Source: the human T2T-CHM13v2.0 reference genome, Homo sapiens
Direction: 5' to 3' (one strand)
Length of the DNA stretch: 64,000 bases
Assembly: GCF_009914755.1 (NCBI RefSeq)
Contig: NC_060932.1
The position numbers were made by a program, and so were the translations under genes. Under the pieces are notes generated by a model that did no database searches, was not told the DNA's origin, and was given only the letters and a program-made list of their open reading frames with translations. Shown here in pieces: positions 30,201-40,731 of the stretch. The stretch's first letter is position 1. Each line of letters starts with the position of its first letter.

Positions 30201-30738
30201 ATTAGGAACAATATCCCAGGATGGGTGTAAACCTCCTGCGACATTGGGAGTAATATCCTTCTCTCCTTCTTTGGATATTAGGAACAATGTCACAGTGGTG
30301 GTGTACACCCCCTGCGATATTGGGAGTAATATCTTCCTCTCCTCCACCCCTCCGAATATTGGGAACAATATCACAGAAGGTGTTTACACCCTGTGCGACA
30401 CTGGAAGTAAAATCATCCTCTCCGCCTCCGGATATTAGCAACAGTATCACAGGAGGGTGTACACCCCCTGCGATATTGGAAGAAATATCATCCTCTCTAA
30501 AACTGGATATTAGGAACAATATCACAGGGAAGGTGTACACCTGCTGCGATATTGGGAGTAATATCATCCTTCCCCACCCTGGATATTAGGAACAGTATCA
30601 CAAGGGGAATGTACACCCGCCGCAATATTGGGAGTAATATCATCCTCTCCCTTCCTGGATATTAGGTACAACATCACCGGGAGACGTACTCTCCCTGGGA
30701 TATTGGGAGTAATATCATCCTCTTCCCCCATGGATATT
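24270..30738 (-). repeat. Inverted block of the same satellite
   Basis: Monomers read as the reverse complement (GCGATATTGGGAGTAATATCATCCTCTCCCC...GGATATTAGGAACAATATCACA) between ~24270 and ~30738. Confidence 0.95.
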
Positions 30739-33700
30739 GGGAGTGTACACTCTCCTGTGATATTGTTTCTAATATGCAGGGGGGGAGTTGATATTAATCC
30801 CAATATCGTAAACACCCTGTGTGTATATCCTCTGTGATATTGTTCATAATATCCAGGGTGGCAGAGGATGATATTATTCCCAATGTCACAGGATGCATAC
30901 ACCATCCTATGATATTGTTCATAATAAAGGGGAGGAGAGGATGATATTACTCTGAATATCGCAAAGGGTGTACACCTTCCTATGATATTGTTCATAATAT
31001 TCAGAGGGGGAGAGGATGACATTACTTCCAATATCGCAGGAAGTGTACACTCCCCTGTCATATTGCTTATAATTTTCAGTGGGGGGGAGCATAAAATTAT
31101 TCCCAATATCTCAGAGGGTGTACATTCCCCTCTGATATTGTTTGTAATACCCACTGGGGGAGAAAATGATATTACTCCCAATATCGCAAAGATTGTACAC
31201 CCCCCGTGATATTGTTCATAATATCCAGGGGGAAAGAGGATGATATTACTCTTAATATTGCAGGGGTGTACACCTATTTGTAATATTGTTCATGATATCC
31301 GGGGGGGAGAGAAGGATATTACTCTTAATAGGGCAGGGGATGTACACCCCTTGTGATATTGTTTGTAATATCAAGGTGGGGAGAGAATGATATTACTCCC
31401 AATTTTGCAGGGGATGTACGCCCACCTGTGATGTATCCCCAATATTGCAGGGGGTGTACGGTCTTCTGTTATATTGTTCGTAGTATTCAGGTGGAAAGAA
31501 AATGATATTAACCTCAATATTGCAGGGGGTGTACACCCTCCCATGATATTGTTCATAATATCCAGTGAGGAAGAGGATGATATTACTTTCTATATTGCAG
31601 CAGATGTAAAACCCTCTGTGATATTATTTGTAATATCCAGGAAGGGAGAGGATGATATTACTTCCCATATCACAGAGGGTATACACCCTTCTGTGATATT
31701 GCCCGTAATATGTAGAGGGGTGGTGGTGAGAATGACATTAATCCCGATATCGCTAGAGATGTACACCCCTCTAGTGATATTGTTCGTAATATCCAGGTGG
31801 GGAGAGGATGATATTACTGCTTATATCGTAGGAAGCATAGAATGTCCTGTGATATTATTCAAAATATCCAAAAGAAGACCGGATGATATTACTTCCAATA
31901 TTGCAAGGGGTGTACACCCTTCTGTGATATTGTTCACAACTTCCAGGGAATGAGAAGACAATATTACTCCCCATATGACAGGTAGTGTCCACCCCCGTAT
32001 GATATTGTTCATTATATCCGGTGGGAAAGAGGATGATATTACTAGCCATATTGCAGGAGTTGTGATATTGTTTGTAATATTCAGGGCGAGGGAGGATAGT
32101 ATTACCCTCCATATCACAAAGTGTGTACACATCCTTGTGATATTGTTCGTAATATCTGGGGGGGTAGGAAGATAATATTACTGCCTATATCGCAAAACGT
32201 GTACACCCACTTGTGATAGTCTCCAAAATATTTAATGGGGAAAAGGATAATATCACTCCCCATATCGCAGAGTGTATACACGTTCCCCGTGATAATGTTC
32301 CTAATATCGGGGAGGGGGAAGAAGATGACATCACTCCCCATATCGCAGGGTGTACGTGTCCCTCTGTGATATTGTTCATAATATCCATGGAGGGAGAGGA
32401 TGATATTACTTCTTATATCGCAGGGGGTGTGCATTCCCCTGTGATACTGTTCGTCACAGCCAGGGAGAGAGGCTGATATTAATCCCCATATCACAAAGGG
32501 TGTACACCTTCCTGTAATATTGTCCATAATATCTAGGAAGGGAGAGGAAGCTATTACTCCCCATATCAAAGGTGATGCACACTCCTCTGTGATATTTTTC
32601 ATAATATCCAAGGGGGAAGTGGATGATATTATTTCCCTGTGAGATTGTTTGTAATATCCAAAAAGGGGGGAGGGTGATTACTCCCACTATCACAGAAATT
32701 GTACACCCTTCTGTGATATTGTTTGTAATATCCAGGGCTGGAGAGGATAATATTACTCTCAATATCACAGGGAGTGTACATCACCTGCAATATGGTTTGT
32801 AATATCCAAAAAGGAAAAGGATGTTATTTCTCCCAGTATTACAGGGATTGTACACTGCCCTGTGATATTGTTTTTAATATCCAGGGGAAAGAGGATAATA
32901 TTACTCCCAATATCGCATCTGTTATATTGTTGGTAATATCCAAGGGGGGAAGAGGATGATACTACTCCTCATATGGCAGTGGGTGTACACACCTCTGTGA
33001 TATTGTTCATAATATTTCAGGGAAGGTGAAATGATATTACTCCTCATATCACAAAGTGTGTAGACCTTCCAGTGATATTGTTTGTAATACCCAGGAGGAG
33101 AGAGGATGATATTACTCCCCCCGTCACAGAAGGTGTACACCCATCTGTGATATTTTCCTAATATCCAGGAAGGGAGAAGGTAATATTACTCCCCATATCG
33201 CAAAGGATGTACACCCTTCTGTGATATTTTCATAACATCCGGGGTTGGGAGAGGATGATACTACTTCCTATATCACAGAAAGTGTAGACCCCCCTGTGAT
33301 ACTGTTCATAATATCCAGGACGGGGAAAGGATAATATTAATCCTCATATGGCAAGTGGTGTACTCCCCCTTGTGATGTTGTTCATAATATCCAGGGGTGG
33401 AGAGGATGATATTACTTACCATATCACAGGAGGTCTACATCTCCCTTTGTTATCGTTCATAATTTCCAGCGTTTGAGAGGATAATATTACTTCCCATATT
33501 GCAGGGTGTGTACACCTCCTGTGATAAATGTTTGTAATATTTAGGGGAGGAGAGGATGACATTACTCCCCATATCGCAAGGGGTGCACACTTCCCTGTGA
33601 TATCATTCGTAATATCCAGGGAGGGAGAGGACAATATTACTCCCCATATCGCATGGGGTTTACACCCATCATGTGATATTGTTCCTAACACCCAGGAAGG

Positions 33701-35000
33701 AAGAAAATGATATTACTCTTAATATTGCAGGCGGGTTACACTCTCCTTGTGATATTGTTCCTAATATCCAAGGAGAAAGACGATGATATTACCGTCAATA
33801 CCACAGGGAGTGTACACCACCCCTGTAATATTGTTCCCTAATATCCAGGTTGGGAGATGGTGATATTACACCCATCACAGAGAGATACACCTTCTTTGTG
33901 ATATTGTTCCTAATATCCAGCGTGGGAGAGGATGTTATTTCTCCCAATATTGTATTGGGTAGACACCTCCTCTGAGCTACTCTTTATAATATTATTGGTG
34001 GGAGAGGGTGATATTACCCCAAATAGCACAGGGGTAAACACTCCCGCTGTGGTATTGTACCTAATATGCAGGCGGGGAGAGGATGATACTACTCCCAATA
34101 GCGCAGGGGGTGTACACCCCCCCTTTGATATTGTTCCTAATATTGAGAGGGGAAGAGGAAGATATTACTCCCAATAGCACAGTAGGTGCATGCACACCCC
34201 ACCTGTGATATTGTTCCTAATATCCAGAAGGAAAGAGAATAATATTACTCCCAATATTGCAGGGTTGTACATCACTTCGTGATATTGTTTCTAACATTCA
34301 GGGGGAAAGAAGATGATATTACTCTCAGTATCAAACGGGGTGTACACTCCCCTGTGATATTGGCCTTAATATTCAGGTGGGGAGAGGGTGATATTACTCC
34401 TAATATCGCAAATGGTGTACACCCCCCATAGTATTATTCCCAATAACATTTTGGGGAAAGGATGATATTACTCCTAATGGCACAGGGAATGTACACCCTC
34501 CTTAAGATAGTCTTCCTAATATCTAGGGGATGATATTACTTTCAATATTGCAGATGGTGTACACCCCCTTGTGATATTGTTTCTAAATTTCGAGGGAGGT
34601 AGACGATGATATTACTGTCAATACCACAGAAAATGGACACTCCCCTTGTGATATTGTTCCTAATGTCTAGATTGGGAGATGGTAATATTACACCCAATAT
34701 CACAGAGGGGGTACATCCTCTTTGTGATAGTATTCCTAATATCCAGGATAAGAGAGGATGTTATTTCTCCCAATATCACAGTGGGTGTACATCCCCTCTC
34801 AGATATTGTTCCTAATATTCAGAAGGAAAGAGAATAATGTTACTTCCAATAGCGCAGGGGGTGTACACTTCACCTGTGATATTGTTTTTAATATGCAGAA
34901 GGAAAAAGGATAATGTTACACTGAATAGCGCTGAATGAAAATACTCCCTCTTTGATATTGTTCCTAATATCCAGGTGAGGAGAGGATGATCTGTAGATAC

Positions 35001-37878
35001 TGAGTTAATTTTTGTGTAAGGTGTAAGGAAGGGATCCAGTTTCAGCTTTCTACCTATGACTAGACAATTTTCCCAGCACCATTTATTAAATAGGGAATCC
35101 TTTCCCCATTGCTTTTTTTTTTGGTCAGGTTTGTCAAGATCAGATGGTTGTAGATGTGTGGTGTTATTTCTGAGGCCTCTGTTCTGTTCCATTGGTCTAT
35201 ATGTCTGTTTTGGTACCAGTACCATGCTGTTTTGGTTACTGTTGCCTTGTAGTATAGTTTGAAGTCAGGTAGTGTGATGTCTCCAGCTTTGTTCTTTTTG
35301 CTTAGCATTGCCTTGGTTATGTGAGCTCTATTTTGGTTCCAAATGAAATTTAAAGTAGTATTTTCCAATTCTGTGAAGTAAGTCAGTGGTAGCTGAATGG
35401 GGATAGCATTGAATCTATAAATTACTTTGGGCAGTATGGCCATTTTCACAATATTGATTCTTCCTATCCATGAGCATGAAATGTTCTTCCATTTGTTTGT
35501 GTCCTCTTTCATTTCCTTGAGCAGCAGTTTGTAGTTCTCCTTGAAGAGGTCCTTCACATCCCTTGTAAGTTGGAGTCCTAGGTATTTTATTCTCTGTAAT
35601 TGTGAATGGGAGTTCACTCATGATTTGGCTCTCTGTCTCTTCTTGGTGTATAGGAATGCTTGTGATTTTTGCACATTGATTTTGTATCCTGAGACTTTGC
35701 TGAAGTTGTTTATCAGCTTAAGGAGATTTTGGGCTGAGATGATGGAGTTTTCTAAATATAGGATCATGTCATGGGGCAAACAGAGACAATTTTACTGCCT
35801 CATTTCCTAATTGAATACCCTTTATTTCTTTCTCTTGCCTGATTGCCCTGGCCAGAACTTCCAATAATATGTTGAATAAGAGTGGTGAGAAAGAGCATCC
35901 TTGTTTTGTGCTGGTTTTCAAAGGGAATGCTTCCAGTTTTTGCACATTCAGTATGATATTGGCTGTGAGATTATCATAAATAGCTTTTATTATTTTGAGA
36001 TACGTTCCATCAATACCAGCTCATTGAGAGTTTTTACCATGAAAGGCTGTTGAATTTTGTTGAAGGCCTTTTCTACATCTATTGAGATAATCATGTGGTT
36101 TTTGTCATTGGTTCTATTTATGTGATCGATTACATTTATTGATTTGCATATGTTGAACCAGCCTTGCATCCCAGAGATGAAGCTCACTTGATCATGGTGG
36201 ATAAGCTTTTTGATATGCTGCTGTATTTGGTTTGCCAGTATTTTATTGAGGATTTTCGCATCAATGTTCATCAGGGATATTGGTCTAAAATTCTATTTTT
36301 TTGTTGTGTCTCTGCCAGGCGTTGGTATCAGGATGATGCTGGCTGGCCTCAAGAAATGAGTTAGGGAGGATTCCCTCTTTTTCTATTGATTGGAATAATT
36401 TCAGAAGGAATGGTACCAGCTCTTCTTTGTAACTCTGGTAGAATTTAGCTGTGAATCCATCTGTTCCTGGACTTTTTTTGGTTGGTAGGCTATTAATTAT
36501 TGCCTCGGTTTCAGAACCTGTTATTGGTCTACTCAGAGATTCAACTTCTTCCTGGTTTAGTCTTTGGAGGGTGTTTATGTCCAGGAATTTATCCATTTCT
36601 CCCAGATTTTCTAGTTTATTTGCATGGTGGTGTTTATAGTATTCTCTGATGGTAGTTTGTATTTCTGTGGGATCAGTGGTGATATCCCCTTTATCATTTT
36701 TTATTGCGTCTATTTGATTCTTCTCTCTTTTCTTCTTTATTAGTCTTGCTAGCGGTCTATCAATTTTGTTGATCTTTTCAAAAAACCAGCTCATGAATTC
36801 AATGATTTTTTGAAGGGTTTTTTATGTCTCTATCTCCTTCAGTTCTGCTCTGAACTTAGTTATTTCTTGTCTTCTGCTAGCTTTTGAATTTGTTTCCTCT
36901 TGCTTCTCTAGTTCTTTTAATTGTGATGTTAGTGTGTCAATTTTAGATCTTTCCTGCTTTCTCTTGTGGGCATTTAGTGCTATAAATTTCCCTCTACACA
37001 CTGCTTTAAATGTGTCCCAGAGATTCTGGAATGATGTGTATTTGTTCTCATTGGTTTGAAAGAACATCTTTGTTTCTGCCTTCATCTCGTTATTTACCCA
37101 GCAGTCATTCAGGAACAGGTTGTTCAATTTCCATGTAGTTGTGCGGTTTTGAGTGAGTTTCTTAATCCTGAGTTCTAATTTGATTTCTCTGTGGTCTGAG
37201 AGATAGTTTGTTGTGATTTCTGCTCTTTTACTTTTGCTGAGGAGTGTTTTACTTCCAATTATGTGGTCAATTTTAAAATGAGTGTGATGTGGTGCTGAGA
37301 AGAATGTATATTCTGTTGATTTGGGGTGGAGAGTTCTGTAGATGTCTATTAGGTCTGCTTGGTGCAGAGCTGAGTTCAAGTCCTGGATATCCTTGTTAAT
37401 TTTCTATCTCATTTATCTGTCTAATATTGACACTGGGGTGTTAAAATCTCCCATTATTATTGTGTGGGAGTCTAAGTCTCTTTGTATGTCTCAAAGAACT
37501 TGCTTTATGAATCTGGGTGCTCCTGCATTGGGTGTATATATATTTAGGAGAGTTAGCCCTTCTTGTTGAATTGATCCCTTTACCATTATGTAATGGCCTT
37601 CTTTGTCTCTTTTGATCTTTGTCGGTTTAAAGTCTGTTTTATCAGAGACTAGGATTACAACCCCCACCTTTTTTTGTTTTCCATTTGCTTGGTAGGTCTT
37701 CCTCCATCCCTTTATTTTGAGCCTATGTATGTCTTTATATGTGAGATGGGTCTCCTGAATACAGCACACCTACAGGTCTTGACTCTACCCAATTTGCCAG
37801 TCTGTGTCTTTTAACTGGGGCATTTAGGCCACTTACATTTAAGATTAATATTGTTATGTGTGAATTTGATCCTGTCAT
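35001..37878 (-). pseudogene. L1 ORF2p endonuclease/RT (frameshifted, truncated near codon 960)
   Basis: ATG at 37878 (MTGSNSH). [36 protein letters not shown] and [15 protein letters not shown] fragments in the ORF track. Confidence 0.93.
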
Positions 37879-37938
37879 GATGCTAGCTGGTTATTTTGCC
37901 CATTAATTGATGCAGTTTCTTCATAGTATTGTTGGTCT

Positions 37939-38962
37939 TTACCATTTGGCATGTTTTTGCAGTGGCTGGTACTGGTTGTTCCTTTCCATGTTTAGTGCTT
38001 CCTTCAGGAGCTCTTTTAAGGCAGGCCTGGTAGTGACAAAATCTGTCAGCATTTGCTTGCCTGTAAAGGTTTTTATTTCTCCTCCACTTATAAAGCTTAG
38101 TTTAGCTGGATATGAAATTCTGGGTTGAAAACTCATTTCTTTAAGAATGTTGAATATTGGCCCCCACTCTCTTCTGGCTTGTAGGGCTTCTGCTGAGAGA
38201 TCCGCTGTTAGTCTGATGGGCTTCCCTTTGAGGGTAACCTGACCTTTCTGTGGCTGCCCTTAACATTTTTTCCTTCATTTCAACCTTGGTGAATCTGACA
38301 ATTATGTGTCTTGGGGTTGCTCTTCTTGAGAAGTATCTTCGTGGTGTTCTCTGTATTTCCTGTATGTGAATGTTGGCCTGCCTTGCTAGGTTGGGGAAGT
38401 TCTGCTGCATAATATCCTGAAGAGTGTTTTCTAACTTGGTTCAATTCTCCCCATCACTTTCAGGTACACCAATCAAATGTAAATGTGGTATTTTCATATA
38501 GTCCCATATTTCTTGGAGGCTTTGTTCTTTTCTTTTTACTCTTTTTTCTCTAATCTTGTCTTCTCACGTTATTTCATTAATTTGACCTTCAATTACTGAT
38601 ATCCTTTCTTCTGCTTGATCGAATCGGCTATTGACACTTGTGTATGCTTCATGCAGTTCTCATACTGTGATTTGCAGCTCCATCAGGTCATTTAAGCTCT
38701 TCTGTACACTGGTTATTCTACTTAGCCATTCATCTAATCTTTTTTCAAGGTTTTTAGCTTCCTTGCAATGGGTTAGAACATGCTCCTTTAGCTCGGAGAA
38801 GTTTGTTATTGCTGACCTTCTGATGCCTACTTCCATCAACTTGTCAAACTCATTCTCCATCCAGTTTTGTTCCCTTGCTGGCAAGGAGTTGTGCTCCTTT
38901 GGAGGAGGAGAGGTGTTCTGGCTTTTGGAATTTTCAGCCTTTCTGCTCTGGTTTCTCCCCAT
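37939..38962 (-). pseudogene. L1 ORF1p (disrupted)
   Basis: ATG at 38962. Fragments MGRNQSRKAENS..., NFPNLARQANIHIQEIQRTP and FQPRISYPAKLSF...HAKW* lie in different frames. Confidence 0.92.
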
Positions 38963-39950
38963 CTTACAGGTTTTATCTACCTTTTGTCTTTGAGGTTGGT
39001 GACCTATGAATGGGGTTTTCATGTGGATGTCCTTTTTGTTGATGTTGATGCTATTCCTTTCTGTTTGTTAGTTTTCCTTCTAACAGAGAGGTCCCTCAGC
39101 TGCAGATCTGTTCGAGATTGCTGCAGGTCCACTCCAGACCCTGTTTTCCTGGGTATCACCACAGAGGCTGCAGAACAGCAAATATTGCTGCCTGATCCTT
39201 CCTCTGGATGCTTTGTCTCAGTGGGGCACCCAACTGTATGAGGTGCCTGTCAGCCCTAGGAGTTGTCTCCCAGTGAGGCTACTTGGGGGTCAGGGACCCA
39301 CTTGAGGAGGCAGTCTGTCTGTTAGCAGATTTTGAATGCCATGTTGAGAGAACCACTGCTCTCTTCAGAGCTGTCAGGCAGGGATGTTTAAGTCTGTAGA
39401 AACTGTCTCCTGCCTTTTGTTCAGATATGCCCTGCCCCCAGAGGTGGATTCTAGAGAGGCAGTAGGCCTTGTTGAGCCATTGTGGGCTCTGCCCAGTTTG
39501 AGCTTCCCTGCCTCTTTGTTTACACTGTGAGCATAGAACTGCCTACTCAAGCTTCAGCAATGACGGATGCCCCTCTTCCCACCATGTTCCAGCATCCCAG
39601 GTCAATCTCAGACTGCTTTGCTAGCAGTGAGCAAGGCTCCATGGTCGTGGGACCCACTGAGCCAGGCACATGAGGGAATCTCCTTGTCTGCCAGTTCCAA
39701 AGACTGTGGGAAAAGCACAGTATTGGGCAGAAGTGTACAGTTCCTCCAGGTACAGTCACTCACGGCTTCCCTTGGTTAGGAAAGGAAAATCCCCCGACCA
39801 CTTGTGCTTCCTAGGTAAGATGGTGTACGTCAGTCGGAAATGCAGAAATCACCCCTCTTCTGTGCTGATCTTGCTGGGAGTTGTAGGCCAGAGCTGTCCC
39901 TATTCAGCCATCTTGAAGGCACCCTTTGACATGATTTTTTTTTAAGGTTG

Positions 39951-40658
39951 TCTAATGCTTGAGGTTCTTGCCTAGCCACATCAGAATTGGAGTGGTGGAT
40001 GACCATGGCGAGTGATAGAGAAACGGACCGATAGAGAGAAAAAGCTGTAGGCTTTATTGAGCAGAGTGAAAGTATAAAGCTTCCACAGCATGGAAGGGGT
40101 CCTGCACGGGCCAGAGTTAAATTACACAATTGCCTTTTAAACTCTTTAAGGCAGGAAATATGTGCAGCAGGAAGATGTTACCAGAGCAGGAAACAAAGAC
40201 AATTAAACATTTGTGACATGTCTTAGATCTTGAGGAAAACTGGAATTGCAACTTCGGTTTTATCTATTTTATGACCTTGCAGCAGCATGGCAAAGGAGAC
40301 AGGATCTTACAGGACTTTACAAAGTATGTTTATAAGGAATTGGAATTGGGAGCATAGATAAGGTCTTCTGGTCACAGAAAAATGGGCAGTTAACATTCCT
40401 TTTACTTTAGTTTTGGGGTAGAGGAAAGGGAGAGAGGCAGACAGGGCACAGGGAAACTTACAGCAAAATTTTCATTGTTTATAGCTTTCTTGGGGAAGAC
40501 AACACATGCACAAATCCTGATGTTAGGAATAGTTTAAGCATATATCTTCAATATTATTCATCCAGGACTGAAGCAAGTCCTGATGTAGGAAATGAGTGAG
40601 TTTCACAGCTTTCTAAGCCCCTACTCAACCCAGGAAGCCCAGCTAGCCTCTCCTCTCA
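39951..40658 (-). repeat. 3' LTR (LTR30-like)
   Basis: Preceded by the PPT. AATAAA at 40053-40058 (minus strand). Terminal CA mutated to GA. Confidence 0.95.
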
Positions 40659-40669
40659 GTCCCCCCTCT
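40659..40669 (-). promoter_or_regulatory. Polypurine tract
   Basis: AGAGGGGGGAC immediately before the 3' LTR. Confidence 0.9.
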
Positions 40670-40731
40670 AAACAGACACCCCAACTGCTGTTGGGAACTG
40701 GGCAGTGGTGGTTCTGGCTACTTCCTGCTGG

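Larger units (their letters stand above)
35001..39927 (-). mobile_element. L1PA (L1PA6-8-like) with 5'UTR, ORF1 and most of ORF2; 3' end missing
   Basis: 5' end CAAGATGGCTGAATAGG on the minus strand, ~960-bp 5'UTR, ORF1 MGRNQSRKAENSK, ORF2 EN and RT peptides. Stops at ...PYTKINS against the satellite, with no 3'UTR, polyA or TSD. Confidence 0.95.

Noticed and set aside
34812-35225. 137-aa L1 ORF2-satellite fusion ORF
   Set aside because: It starts out of frame in a frameshifted ORF2 and runs into satellite. A by-product of the junction.
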